Of a DNA stretch of 64,000 nucleotides, positions 44,316 to 54,391 are shown in pieces (position 1 is the stretch's first letter; every line of letters begins with the position of its first letter). Position numbers and translations under genes: made by a program. The notes beneath the pieces are model-generated. The model saw nothing but the letters and a program-made list of their open reading frames with translations, searched no databases and had not been told where the DNA came from. Location: the IMG/VR virus record IMGVR_UViG_3300027777_000022; one strand, written 5' to 3'. The stretch is from a virus. Lineage: Duplodnaviria > Heunggongvirae > Uroviricota > Caudoviricetes.

Positions 44316-44927
44316 TTATCCTTTCGTGTTATATAGTGCTATCAATTTATAGTCGTTTCTCACAGCTGATGAATATAAATCTGTTTCTGCCGAAGCAGAT
44401 GGAACCAGATGATTGTTTACCAAACTTACCGGAAATGTATATGAAGTACCTCCAAATTTTGATGCTCCCAACATTTCTATTTGTTCTGGGGTAGGATTAT
44501 AAACCAACCCTCGGACTTCTACGCCCGGTATCTTGCTAAGACTTACCCAGGTTCTTGCACCGCCCGGTGTTTGACTAGAATCTGACACAATGTCAAGGTG
44601 TTCTATTGATAACAATATTCCATATAAACTTGTGGCCAATCCTTTATTTCTCCACGCATGATCTATTTCTAATCCCATAACATAGGCCGTATCTCCTGAT
44701 ATTTGCACTGTCAATATGCCGATAAGTTGTTTATCCGGGCTTAACAAGCAAACATCTTCATCCGTTCCTTTGGCGCCATAACTCATACTAGGAACTATTG
44801 CGTAATAATAATCGCTGTTAGGTAATGGACTAATATTTCCCTCAAGTTTTTTCAGTTTGGCATCCTTATTACCTAACATACCCAAAGAGTCTTTGGGCTC
44901 TACTGATCGTAATTCTTTTAGTTTCAT
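44316..44927 (-). CDS. GNAT-family acetyltransferase-like protein
   Basis: EIDHAWRNKGLATSLY acetyl-CoA-binding motif A; N-terminal MKLKEL. Confidence 0.65.
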   Translation of the reverse strand: MKLKELRSVEPKDSLGMLGNKDAKLKKLEGNISPLPNSDYYYAIVPSMSYGAKGTDEDVCLLSPDKQLIGILTVQISGDTAYVMGLEIDHAWRNKGLATSLYGILLSIEHLDIVSDSSQTPGGARTWVSLSKIPGVEVRGLVYNPTPEQIEMLGASKFGGTSYTFPVSLVNNHLVPSASAETDLYSSAVRNDYKLIALYNTKG

Positions 44928-44936
44928 GATATTCCT

Positions 44937-46037
44937 TTATAAACTAGGTAGTTGATCGTAGTCCAGGCTTTCACTCATGACTCCAATAACATAGTTAGTT
45001 GATTCATTCTCTTGCAGTGCAGTTTGTTTCTTTGACGTGTCCGAATGTTTGTTAAACCAAGGAATAGGTGTGCTACGTGGTGCCACTGCTTGATACTTGA
45101 TACCAATGTCTTTGAGCGCACCAACTGCTGTGTAATCCACAAAGTCTTTGAGAATGTTGGCATTGAGTCCAATCACTGGCCCCATCTTGAACAAGTAATC
45201 AGCCCAGGCTTTTTCTTCGCGAATCACGTCCAGATACAAGGCATATACTTCTGCTTCGCAAGCTTCTTTGGCAGCAGCAAACCGACTGTCTTCTTTGACC
45301 ACTTGGTTGATGAGATATGCTGTCCACCCTTTGTGCAGCAATTCGTCTTGCAAAATCAATCCAATGATATTGCCATTGCCAATGAAGATCTTGTTTTCAA
45401 CCATGGCAAGGCTTGTGGCAAACGATACCATGAAGCGGAATGCTTCCAATGCATAGCTGGCATGCAATGCCATCCAGACTGCACGAACATGTTCAATTTC
45501 TTCTACTGGTTGGCCCAGCTCTTTTGCGCAGTTGATTCGGTGCAGGTCATCGTAATATTGGCCTACACTAGATGCCATGTCTACAATTTCGGTTGTGTCA
45601 TGAATGGTATTGAAAACATCTTTAGGCACGTTGTAGATATTACGAATGATATGACTGTAACTCTTCGAGTGAATGTTTGTTTCAAAGAATCCCCAGTTGT
45701 ACATCAATGCTTCTACTTCTGGCAAGCTGCATACTGGAGTGAATACTTGTGTAGGACCACGTCCTTGCAAACTGTCCAGGGCAGTCTGACGCAACAGATT
45801 GCTGGTAAAAATATGCTTGACAGCATCGCTGGCATCCTTAAAGTCATTGGCATCTTTGCTGAGGCTGATTTCTTCAGGTTGCCAGAAGAAACCACGTGCA
45901 GTGGCTTCAAAGTCTGCAATCTTTTTATACTTGACTTCTTCAAAGCGTTGAATAGTTACTGGCCCTGCTGGGTCCAGAAACATCTTTCGATTTAGATAAT
46001 CTGTTTTGGTGTGTAAATTGTATTGTGCTTGTGACAT
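44937..46037 (-). CDS. nrdB: ribonucleotide reductase class Ia beta subunit
   Basis: FFWQPEE, LDSLQGR, ETNIHSKSY, LEAFRF, QDELLH, LQENE...Y. Confidence 0.95.
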   Translation of the reverse strand: MSQAQYNLHTKTDYLNRKMFLDPAGPVTIQRFEEVKYKKIADFEATARGFFWQPEEISLSKDANDFKDASDAVKHIFTSNLLRQTALDSLQGRGPTQVFTPVCSLPEVEALMYNWGFFETNIHSKSYSHIIRNIYNVPKDVFNTIHDTTEIVDMASSVGQYYDDLHRINCAKELGQPVEEIEHVRAVWMALHASYALEAFRFMVSFATSLAMVENKIFIGNGNIIGLILQDELLHKGWTAYLINQVVKEDSRFAAAKEACEAEVYALYLDVIREEKAWADYLFKMGPVIGLNANILKDFVDYTAVGALKDIGIKYQAVAPRSTPIPWFNKHSDTSKKQTALQENESTNYVIGVMSESLDYDQLPSL

Positions 46038-46045
46038 ATTGTTCT

Positions 46046-48367
46046 TTATAGTTTACATGCTTCGCAATCTTCTTCGTTGTCAAAGTCAATTGGTTCCAAC
46101 ATTGCAGGTGCTATTTCTGCATCAGCTTTTGAACCTTGCTTGTTGATCAAGCTGTAGTAAAAAGTTTTTAGTCCCCACGCATGTGATTGCATAAGATTTC
46201 GAGCAATCAAAGTGGTGGGCACTTTACGATCTGGAAAATGCGCAGGATTGTAAAAAGTATTGGTGCTGATTGATTGATCAACATACGCTGCAATCACTGC
46301 GGCTGTTTTCAAATAACCGTCACAATCTTTCTGTTCCCACATCAATTGATATTTATTTTTCAACTTGTGATATTCAGGAACAACCTGTACAAATGATCCT
46401 GCTTTGGATTCTTTTACACTGATTAGGCTCATTGGCATTTCAATACCATTGGTTGAGTTGATAGCAACTGAACTGGATTCCACAGGCGCCACAGCACCGT
46501 TGGTAGCATTGCGTACACCATACTGTTTCATATCGGCACGTAATGGCTCCCAGTCTAATTCAGGAGCAAAATCAGTTAGTTCGTTTACTCCGTTAGCACG
46601 TAATTCCCAAGGAAACATGCCTTGCCCATAACGTGTGTGATCACTACCCACACACTTGCCGCGTTCCTTAGCTAGCTCAACACTCATTTCAGTGAGATAG
46701 AATGTTTGATGTTCCATCCATGTTTTGAGTTCAGCCAGTGCATCCTTGTCACCATATTTGAGATTGCGTTTGGCATGCCAGTATGCCAAGTTAGTGATAC
46801 CAATGCCCAATGGGCGAATCTCATCATTGCTTAGTTTGGATTGGATGGAAAGAAAATCTTGGTAATCCAATATGTTGTTAAGACTGCGATGTAGAATACG
46901 GCAAGCACGGCGCATATCTTCTGGATTACGGAATGCTCCCCAGTTGATGCTTCCAAGTGTGCAAAGTGCGATACGTCCTTTGGGGTCGTCGAGTCTTTTG
47001 AATGATTTTGTTGGCAAAAGTATTTCACAGCATAAGTTACTCTGGTAAATGGTGTGATATTCAGGATCAAATGGTCCTTGATTCATCACATTGTCAATGA
47101 ACACTAGATAGATACGGCCAGTGTCCGTGCGCTCTTTCAAGATGCCCGACTTGAACACTTCTTCTGCGCTCATGGTCTTCTTGCGTAGATCTTTACGTTT
47201 TTCATACTTCACATACAGCTCTTCAAACTGTTGAGTATTTTTGTAAAATGCTTCGTATAGATCCGGAACTTCGTTGGGGTCAAAGAAAGTTATGTTTTCT
47301 CGGTTTTTAAATCTTCTCCAGAAGAAGGCAGAAAGTACCACTCCATAGTCCATATGTCGAACCCGAGTTTCTTCTGTTCCTTGGTTATTCTTAAGAACAA
47401 TAAGATCATCAAACTGATGATGCCAGATGGGATAAAACACAGTAGCAGAAGCATTGCGGATTCCTCCTTGTGAGCAACTACGCAAGTCACCAAACCATTT
47501 CTTCAAAAATGGTATCATGCCAGTATGCATGATCTCCCCGCCGCGTATGGGGCTACCTAATGGTCGCAGTCGTCCAATTTCCAGGCCAATGCCAGCACGT
47601 TTGCTGGCATACTTGGCCATCATTTCACCACTAGCAAAGATACTATCAAGGTCGTCATCAGACCGAATAAGAACGCAACTTGAAAATTGTTTAGTAGGTG
47701 TGCCCAGGCCAGCCAGAACAGGAGTAGCAAGAGTAAAAAGACCATCACTTGCAGCATTGTAATATTCTTTGATGTATCGCATTCTTGCTGTGTTGGGTTC
47801 TTCTGAGTGAAATACAGTAGCGGCCGCGACCATGTATCTAATTTGTGGAGTTTCATAAGTTTCCTTTGTGGCACGATTCTTTACTAGATACTTTTCAATC
47901 AGTTGCTCAATGGCAGCATAGCCGTATTGTTCATCTTTTGAATGATCTATCATGTCCTGCATACGATTCCAGTCAGCTTGGTCGTACCATTCCAGCAGTT
48001 CCGGAGTGTACAAGCCAGTGGCCACGTTTTTCTTCACAATTTCATACAGGTGGGGAGGCTCATAAGAGCCATATACGTCTTTGCGCAGCATGCTGAGACG
48101 TTGCTTGCCTGCCACATATTGATAGTTGGTATGGCCAACATCAGGATTGTGTTCTATGTCAATTAGATCCACAATGGCTCGTAGTGTAACTCCATCAATT
48201 TCTTTGGTAGTGATGCCATCATAAAAATGCATCTGTGCTTTGATCTCTACCATGCTTTGACTTACGTCTGCGATACCCGAACATACTTTGGCAATTTGGG
48301 TTTGCCATTTTTCCAGGCTCAATTGTTCTTTTCTTCCGTTGCGTTTGATAACTGTGATCTGTGTCAT
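46046..48367 (-). CDS. nrdA: ribonucleotide reductase class Ia alpha subunit
   Basis: ATP cone VIKRNG, FSSC, SQGGIR, SNLCCEI, KTFYY, C-terminal CEAC. Confidence 0.96.
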   Translation of the reverse strand: MTQITVIKRNGRKEQLSLEKWQTQIAKVCSGIADVSQSMVEIKAQMHFYDGITTKEIDGVTLRAIVDLIDIEHNPDVGHTNYQYVAGKQRLSMLRKDVYGSYEPPHLYEIVKKNVATGLYTPELLEWYDQADWNRMQDMIDHSKDEQYGYAAIEQLIEKYLVKNRATKETYETPQIRYMVAAATVFHSEEPNTARMRYIKEYYNAASDGLFTLATPVLAGLGTPTKQFSSCVLIRSDDDLDSIFASGEMMAKYASKRAGIGLEIGRLRPLGSPIRGGEIMHTGMIPFLKKWFGDLRSCSQGGIRNASATVFYPIWHHQFDDLIVLKNNQGTEETRVRHMDYGVVLSAFFWRRFKNRENITFFDPNEVPDLYEAFYKNTQQFEELYVKYEKRKDLRKKTMSAEEVFKSGILKERTDTGRIYLVFIDNVMNQGPFDPEYHTIYQSNLCCEILLPTKSFKRLDDPKGRIALCTLGSINWGAFRNPEDMRRACRILHRSLNNILDYQDFLSIQSKLSNDEIRPLGIGITNLAYWHAKRNLKYGDKDALAELKTWMEHQTFYLTEMSVELAKERGKCVGSDHTRYGQGMFPWELRANGVNELTDFAPELDWEPLRADMKQYGVRNATNGAVAPVESSSVAINSTNGIEMPMSLISVKESKAGSFVQVVPEYHKLKNKYQLMWEQKDCDGYLKTAAVIAAYVDQSISTNTFYNPAHFPDRKVPTTLIARNLMQSHAWGLKTFYYSLINKQGSKADAEIAPAMLEPIDFDNEEDCEACKL

Positions 48368-48371
48368 ATAC

Positions 48372-48794
48372 TCAATATAGTTGTTGTTTTACATCGCTCT
48401 GTGCAATGTGATGTTTATTTTGCTGTAGGTTGATATTTAACCCTATAGACTGATCCCAATTCAATATATATTTTCCACCCTCGACCAGGACTAAATTGCC
48501 CTGATCAGAATCAACCAACACAGCATCTTGAAGATCATCACGATCCAGCACAGTGATAGTATACAGGATTCCTAGCCCGCGAGCAAGATCACAATAGATG
48601 TTGTCGCTCAGAAGTTGCCAGGGATCAGGCCAATCCACACGATCGTCCCAGTGTAAATGATACGCTCGCCATGGAGTTTGCTGCCACCAGGAATTGATCT
48701 CCTCCAAGGCATCGGGCTTGGGCAGCATGCAAACACGATCTCGTAAAGTGTTCCACGCTGCCAAGCGTTGTTCAAAGGTTGAACACCACATCAA
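48372..48794 (-). CDS. hypothetical phage protein
   Basis: 140 aa; WPDPWQLL...YC; coupled to the tail-fibre-like gene. Confidence 0.7.
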   Translation of the reverse strand: MMWCSTFEQRLAAWNTLRDRVCMLPKPDALEEINSWWQQTPWRAYHLHWDDRVDWPDPWQLLSDNIYCDLARGLGILYTITVLDRDDLQDAVLVDSDQGNLVLVEGGKYILNWDQSIGLNINLQQNKHHIAQSDVKQQLY

Positions 48795-50377
48795 GCAAGT
48801 TTGGTTACTGAATAGTTAATAGTTGCTGCAATGCCAGTGTTAGTGGTAGCAGCTTTCCAACTCACAATACCAGCAGTTTCGCTGACACTGAAAGTAACAC
48901 CAGGTGCTACATTTTGCACACCAGTATCTGATCCTTGTATATTTGTACCTGCTGAGTCGGTGCCGGCCACAATGGTGTACACTCCTGTTCTGACATTGAC
49001 ATTCCGTACTATGGTATAGTTGATCTGTACTGCTCTGATCGCTGTGGCATTAAATGTCAATATGGTCTGGTTGGCAGTGTTGTTGAGTAGTGTTCCGGTA
49101 GCACCAGTTTGACGTACATAGGTGCCTTGTTGTGTTTGACTAGCCGCATCAAATGCTATGTTGATACCGTTGTTGATGTTCACCCGAGGATATGTACCAG
49201 CATAGGCTGTGGTACGTTGGAACATGTCACCAACGCTGACATTGTTTTGTCCTAGAAAATTAATCACTGCGGTTGCTGGAGAGGTAGTGCCGTTGAAGTG
49301 ATTACCCACATCATAGAACATGTTGTAACCACTGGCATTCATTCCAGTGTTGGCAGCAATCACGATACCTTCAGCATAGATGTTATCAAACACATTGCCC
49401 AAGAAACGGAATCCAGTGGGACCGCCACTTACTGGGGCAGGATCGCCTAGCAACACTCCTTGATAGTGAGTATTGAGTGTACTTTCTGTGACCAATACAC
49501 CTTGCACTTGATTGGGGGTTTCAAATGCCCAGGTAGTACCGCCAAACGTGCATCGACGGAAAGTGATATTGTTACAAACCAAACTGGCAGTGGATGAAAA
49601 TCTCACACATGCTGTATCGTCAACAGCATCTACTAGATCAGCTTTGCCCAGTGATCCCAAAAAGCTCACATCTGTAAACGTACATTGTTCAGCATCTTCG
49701 ACCAAGAATACATCTGCCAGACCCTCAGCTTCAAAACCCATGTTGGATATGGAAATATCCACAGGAGGTGTGGCACCATTGTTGCCAATGTTCACTCCTG
49801 TTTGCTGTAAGCTGTCGCAGTACACCGCCACATACTGACTGGCACTGGCTGCATCTAAAACAATAACACTAGAGTTGATACCTTCACCACATAACAATGC
49901 ATAAGGTGGAATTTTGATTAAACCAGTGACCAAGTAACGTCCGGCTGGAAAGAACAATGATCTGCGTATTTGTGGATTTGGTTCTCTACAGTACAATTGA
50001 AACAATGCACGATTGATAGCATCGGTATTATCAGTTACACCATCACCTACTGCTCCAAAGCTCAGCACACTGGCAAATTGATCTAGCCAACTTTGCAGCG
50101 GAATACTAATTGGACTTCCTGATGATGCTCCAGTTTGTACTGTATATCCAGCAGCGGTGCCTGCGTAAGTGTATGCACCACCCACCAGCAATATATCACT
50201 GTATTCAGTGAGAACTTCTGTATTGCCTATTACAGGTGCGCCGTCTTGCAAGGTTCCATTGCCGATGTATAGCCGACGTTGGTCAATGGCCCAGCCTAAT
50301 TCTGCGCCAGCTAGTTGCGGCAGATTTTCTGCTAGACCTTTACGGTTTGTTATTCGTGATACTTGAACTATTGCCAT
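48791..50377 (-). CDS. tail fibre/spike-like protein with pectate-lyase-like beta-helix
   Basis: LAGAELGWAIDQRRLYIGNG N-domain; FGAVGDGVTDNTDAINRA...FFPAGRY. Confidence 0.75.
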   Translation of the reverse strand: MAIVQVSRITNRKGLAENLPQLAGAELGWAIDQRRLYIGNGTLQDGAPVIGNTEVLTEYSDILLVGGAYTYAGTAAGYTVQTGASSGSPISIPLQSWLDQFASVLSFGAVGDGVTDNTDAINRALFQLYCREPNPQIRRSLFFPAGRYLVTGLIKIPPYALLCGEGINSSVIVLDAASASQYVAVYCDSLQQTGVNIGNNGATPPVDISISNMGFEAEGLADVFLVEDAEQCTFTDVSFLGSLGKADLVDAVDDTACVRFSSTASLVCNNITFRRCTFGGTTWAFETPNQVQGVLVTESTLNTHYQGVLLGDPAPVSGGPTGFRFLGNVFDNIYAEGIVIAANTGMNASGYNMFYDVGNHFNGTTSPATAVINFLGQNNVSVGDMFQRTTAYAGTYPRVNINNGINIAFDAASQTQQGTYVRQTGATGTLLNNTANQTILTFNATAIRAVQINYTIVRNVNVRTGVYTIVAGTDSAGTNIQGSDTGVQNVAPGVTFSVSETAGIVSWKAATTNTGIAATINYSVTKLA

Positions 50378-50423
50378 GTGAGTCCTAATTCTGTGGTGTA
50401 TTTAGCCAGAATCAGTCAGGCAA

Positions 50424-51140
50424 CTAAATGTGCCGGGTATAGTATTCTTCTACTTTGCGCCACCACAAGTCACGATAACGATCGTACTCAACACCTTCCA
50501 ACACAAATTCTTGATATTGAGGAGCACTGATGATATTGTGACTTGCATCAAGTTCAGGTTTTACACACATGAGAATCACACCCTTGCGTATTTTTGTGCC
50601 ATGCAATTCGTTGTGTGCTTCTGCATACGCACACAGTTGAACAAAGTAATCATCAATCCATTCACGCTTCTTGGGCTTGTTAGATTGTTTGTAATCCAAT
50701 ATAGATTCTTCATTTAGGTGCAGGCCTGCACCGTCGGTGGTACCTGCATATATCTTGGGAAAGTATAACGGTACTTCAATACCCCAGAATTCATTTACAT
50801 TTTTTAATCCATCACGGATCACAGTCTTGGCCATTTCGTGACTTGACCAACTAAACGGATTGGTGCCACGTTCTTTGATTGCGCCTGTTTTCACATAGTC
50901 TTCGAGATATGTGTGCATACGTGTGCCACGATTGGCAGCTTCGGTAGTGATTTGCTGTGCTTTTTCTGCACCCACTGCACGGCGCCAATTGTGTAGTGCT
51001 GCTTTGCTTTCTTCGCTTTTGGTTTTGTCAAGAATAGTAGTCACCGACGGCAACTTGTTTCCATCAGGTGTGGCATAGAAACGTTTGCCGTCTATTGTGA
51101 CTCTGGGGATTTCTTGATAATCAAATTTTGGATTGTACAA
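50424..51140 (-). CDS. PD-(D/E)XK (Cas4/RecB-like) exonuclease
   Basis: PSVTTIL, RGTRMH, AGTTD...ILDYK, QLCAYA; probable TTG start at 51140. Confidence 0.85.
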   Translation of the reverse strand: MYNPKFDYQEIPRVTIDGKRFYATPDGNKLPSVTTILDKTKSEESKAALHNWRRAVGAEKAQQITTEAANRGTRMHTYLEDYVKTGAIKERGTNPFSWSSHEMAKTVIRDGLKNVNEFWGIEVPLYFPKIYAGTTDGAGLHLNEESILDYKQSNKPKKREWIDDYFVQLCAYAEAHNELHGTKIRKGVILMCVKPELDASHNIISAPQYQEFVLEGVEYDRYRDLWWRKVEEYYTRHI

Positions 51141-51141
51141 A

Positions 51142-51465
51142 TTAAACTCTAAAACTTTCTCCACATCCGCAGCGATCGCGCTCGTTGGGATTGGAGAATT
51201 CAAATCCCTCGTTGAGTCCTTGTCGAACATAATCCACGGTCATACCTGAAAGATATACTTCGTGTTTTTTGTCCACTATCACAGAAAAACCAGATTGAGC
51301 ATAGTTTATTGTGGTATCGTCGGCAGTGTGTTCATCAACATATTCTAGCACATAAGCTAGTCCAGAGCAACCTGTAGTTTTTACTGCCAAACGAATGCCC
51401 ACGCCTCCGCGTTTCTCTAGCAATCGTTGTATTTTGCTTCGAGCAATATCAGTCAATGTAATCAT
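51142..51465 (-). CDS. iscA: A-type Fe-S carrier IscA
   Basis: TTGCSGLAY, NPN...CGCGESF. Confidence 0.93.
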   Translation of the reverse strand: MITLTDIARSKIQRLLEKRGGVGIRLAVKTTGCSGLAYVLEYVDEHTADDTTINYAQSGFSVIVDKKHEVYLSGMTVDYVRQGLNEGFEFSNPNERDRCGCGESFRV

Positions 51466-51538
51466 AAGGACGATCGTACAGTTGTTGCCAGTTATGCTCT
51501 AAGTTGTGTTTGTTCAATAAAAAAATATCAATCGCATG

Positions 51539-51913
51539 TTAATGTCGTTGTTGATAATCTGCTACTGCGGCTTTGATCGCATCTTCTGCAAGTATTGAAC
51601 AATGAATTTTAACTGGGGGGAGGGCAAGCTCGCTAGCAATCTCGCTATTTTTAATCGCTGCTGCTTGGGCAAGTGTCCGTCCTTTGACCCATTCAGTAAC
51701 CAGCGAACTTGACGCAATCGCGCTTCCGCAACCATACGTTTTAAATCTTGCATCTGTGATAATTCCATCTTGAACTTTTATCTGCAATTTCATTACATCT
51801 CCGCAAGCAGGTGCACCAACCATGCCCGTGCCGATGTCAGTGTCGTCCTTGGAGAACGACCCCACATTGCGTGGGTTTTCATAATGATCGATTACTTGAT
51901 TTGAATATGCCAT
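51539..51913 (-). CDS. iscU: Fe-S scaffold IscU
   Basis: YENPRNVG, APACGDVM, GCGSAIASSS, LPPVKIHCS. Confidence 0.96.
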   Translation of the reverse strand: MAYSNQVIDHYENPRNVGSFSKDDTDIGTGMVGAPACGDVMKLQIKVQDGIITDARFKTYGCGSAIASSSLVTEWVKGRTLAQAAAIKNSEIASELALPPVKIHCSILAEDAIKAAVADYQQRH

Positions 51914-51931
51914 GAGTTTTTCCTTACAGTT

Positions 51932-51960
51932 ATTGTAAGGTATTTACTCCGCTGTGTCAA
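51932..51960 (-). promoter_or_regulatory. sigma70 promoter with nested TAAATA upstream of iscU
   Basis: TTGACA-17-TACAAT; TAAATA at 51941-51946. Confidence 0.7.
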
Positions 51961-51970
51961 CAACAATGGA

Positions 51971-52318
51971 TTAGATACTACGATCTTTTTTCATTGCGGA
52001 TTGTGCAGCAGATGCCACAATATCCTGTGCTTGATTTACCGGCATTGTAACTGGTCCGGGTTGATCGCCACCTTTGAATATTAATTCGGTAGCGTCCGGA
52101 CTCATGGGTTCAATTAGGCCACTGAGTGGTGGTTGCCCAACTAGAGTTTGCAAAGTGTCAGGAGTGATGTCTATCCCCATACTTTGTGCTCGATTAATAA
52201 ATGCCTGCACTGGCATTTGCTTCTTGGCAGAAGTATCTTGTGCTCTACCCACAGCAAACCTAGCCAAGGCCAAGAGTCGGTCTGCGGTATCGTCTGCTTC
52301 TACTTCGTTGATTCGCAT
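51971..52318 (-). CDS. hypothetical protein, candidate head protein
   Basis: N-terminal MRINEV; coupled to the scaffold-like gene. Confidence 0.7.
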   Translation of the reverse strand: MRINEVEADDTADRLLALARFAVGRAQDTSAKKQMPVQAFINRAQSMGIDITPDTLQTLVGQPPLSGLIEPMSPDATELIFKGGDQPGPVTMPVNQAQDIVASAAQSAMKKDRSI

Positions 52319-53208
52319 TATCTACGCTCACGGCCTAGAGCTGCCGCTGGTCCACCAATTGCTGGTTCTTCGGGCGGGAGTTCAGCACCAGCTTCTTCAC
52401 CAGGTGGAGGACCTGCTAGTCCCATATCTCCACCTGGAGGAGGAGTCATGCCCATGTCGGCACCCGGAGTAGGCGCTTGTCCAGTAACTACACCAAGAGC
52501 TTGTTCCAGTTGTTGCTTGCTGCCTTGTAAGTTTTGCACCAATCCGCTGAGTGCTGCTTGTGCATCATTGTTGAACTGTGCTGCTTGGTCTGGTCCAATT
52601 TGATTTTTAATTGAATCAACCAGGGCTGGCAATTCTTTAAATTGCATCTCAGTGCTGTCTTCAATCATGCTTTGCATTTTGTCAACCATGTCTTGTGCAG
52701 CCAATACCACTTGCGCCTGTTGTACTTCTCCTTCACTAAGGTAGTAACCACCAGCTTGAGCACGACGACGCCATTCTTGCACTGTGGTAGTGGTTTTAGC
52801 AGCATTGAGTTGATTTTGAAGATCAGTGACTTCTTTTTTCTTTGCTTCAAGATCTGTTTCGAGCTTTTTAACAGTATCCACTTTTTGTTTAGCAGCCATA
52901 GCAGCAGCTTGTTGAGGATTTATACCAGGTGCTGCTCCTGGAGTTGCAGCAGCCATTTCATCTTCGTAGATCTTTTCAGCCAATGCTTGTTCCATCATCA
53001 TGAGTTTGAGATAAGACGGATTCTTTTCGCTATTATGGCGAGCAGGGCTAGAACGTACTTCGCTTAATACACCTCGCACCTGGCGATACATGTTATGCAA
53101 TTGGTTGCGGTTCAAAGTATCAAATTTGACTGACTGATCAAAGTGACCTTCAAACACTTTAGCGATTTGTTGTGTTGGGCGTGTTACGGCCAATTCGTTT
53201 AGTTTCAT
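52318..53208 (-). CDS. putative prohead core/scaffold-like protein
   Basis: MKLNEL start, several (L/I/V)xE sites, coiled coil, Pro/Gly-rich tail ending LGRERR; TAAATA upstream. Confidence 0.6.
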   Translation of the reverse strand: MKLNELAVTRPTQQIAKVFEGHFDQSVKFDTLNRNQLHNMYRQVRGVLSEVRSSPARHNSEKNPSYLKLMMMEQALAEKIYEDEMAAATPGAAPGINPQQAAAMAAKQKVDTVKKLETDLEAKKKEVTDLQNQLNAAKTTTTVQEWRRRAQAGGYYLSEGEVQQAQVVLAAQDMVDKMQSMIEDSTEMQFKELPALVDSIKNQIGPDQAAQFNNDAQAALSGLVQNLQGSKQQLEQALGVVTGQAPTPGADMGMTPPPGGDMGLAGPPPGEEAGAELPPEEPAIGGPAAALGRERR

Positions 53209-53650
53209 CTGAGTTTCCTCGTAGTTGCCAGTATTTAGCCAAATTTATACATTTTGCTAGTTCTTTCTCCAGGACTTGCGTATGTTCATGCCTGGCACTT
53301 GTTTTGTTAATCAAGTTTTCCCATGTGTGCCCGGCTGTGCGATCAGCCAATGCACGACGTACATATATGTCATTTCTCAATCTTGTTATGGATTGATCTA
53401 ATTGTTGTATTTGTCTAGCCAAATTAAGGTGGTTTAGATTGTCTGCTATACACCACGCTAGTGCAGGTTTGGTTCCAGAGAATGTGCCAATATCATCATC
53501 ACGCATGCGAACTTGAACGCCTGCAGGTACAGGTTGGATGGTGTATTTGCCAAATGCTCGATACTTTTTGCCATCTTCTATGATCACTTTGTCCAGCAGC
53601 AAAGGCAGCTCTTTTGCTGCCAACGCAGCCAATTTACAACTGGCTTTCAT
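53159..53650 (-). CDS. hypothetical phage protein
   Basis: Start MKASCK at ATGA overlap. Confidence 0.65.
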   Translation of the reverse strand: MKASCKLAALAAKELPLLLDKVIIEDGKKYRAFGKYTIQPVPAGVQVRMRDDDIGTFSGTKPALAWCIADNLNHLNLARQIQQLDQSITRLRNDIYVRRALADRTAGHTWENLINKTSARHEHTQVLEKELAKCINLAKYWQLRGNSDETKRIGRNTPNTTNR

Positions 53651-53907
53651 TTGAATACGTAATTTGTCAGCATCCAACCTACTGTGGCCACAAGGAATCC
53701 AATGATACCAATTCCCCAACTGATCAGCTGATCAGTACGTTTGTTGGACATGGTTTGCACCATGCTGTGTACTTCCGAAGTCATGGTTTTAACTGAGCCA
53801 ATATCGGACTCAACATTTTCAATCTTGAGTTCCAACATTCGGTAACGTTCAGCACAAAGCTCAACGTGGGCCTCTAAACTTTTCTTTTCAATATCTGTAG
53901 TGTCCAT
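53647..53907 (-). CDS. small coiled-coil protein with C-terminal TM (XhlA/holin-like)
   Basis: LEAHVELCAERY, one C-terminal TM helix; TAAATA 4 nt before ATG. Confidence 0.65.
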   Translation of the reverse strand: MDTTDIEKKSLEAHVELCAERYRMLELKIENVESDIGSVKTMTSEVHSMVQTMSNKRTDQLISWGIGIIGFLVATVGWMLTNYVFK

Positions 53908-53910
53908 GAG

Positions 53911-54321
53911 TTATTTATGGTTCAAGGGGTCAAACCAGATGTTCACACCTGGACGTAACAACGTGGTCAGTTGTTGTTCAACATAGTTAATGATGGGTAC
54001 ACCATCGCATGCTTGTCGTAGTCTTCCCACAGGATCATCATTGACTCTAAATACATCATCAAAATCTGTATCAAACTCAAATTGCCAACGTTGATCTTTG
54101 GCACGCACTTGTGATACTCGTACTGGTTGTGTGTAGAGACCAATCAACTGCATGATGGTTTCCCAGTTGCGTTGTTGGTTTCGACTGCGTACCCATGTGG
54201 ATACGTCAGTTACTTGTTGGCCTAGATGATCCGTAAACGGCAACAAATTTTCTCTCAGATGCCCAGTAACTCCGGTGGGCCTGCAATCAAAGTCGGTGGT
54301 TATTTGTATACTCAGTGTCAT
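53911..54321 (-). CDS. hypothetical phage protein
   Basis: RNQQRNWET; TAAATA 4 nt before ATG. Confidence 0.7.
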   Translation of the reverse strand: MTLSIQITTDFDCRPTGVTGHLRENLLPFTDHLGQQVTDVSTWVRSRNQQRNWETIMQLIGLYTQPVRVSQVRAKDQRWQFEFDTDFDDVFRVNDDPVGRLRQACDGVPIINYVEQQLTTLLRPGVNIWFDPLNHK

Positions 54322-54336
54322 ATGGTATTTACGGCC

Positions 54337-54370
54337 AAAAAAAAGCCTTGGAAATTAATCCAAGGCTTTT
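54337..54370 (-). terminator. intrinsic terminator
   Basis: aaaagccttgga-aattaa-tccaaggctttt, with a T8 run on the minus strand. Confidence 0.8.
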
Positions 54371-54391
54371 GTTCTTTACTACTGCCTGGAA

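Noticed and set aside
45045-45995. 316-aa plus-strand ORF
   Set aside because: Entirely antisense to nrdB with no recognisable motifs; a shadow ORF. The same applies to most short ORFs antisense to confident genes.
44937-48367. Introns or inteins in nrdA/nrdB
   Set aside because: Both ORFs are continuous and of normal class Ia length; no intein or homing-endonuclease motifs seen.
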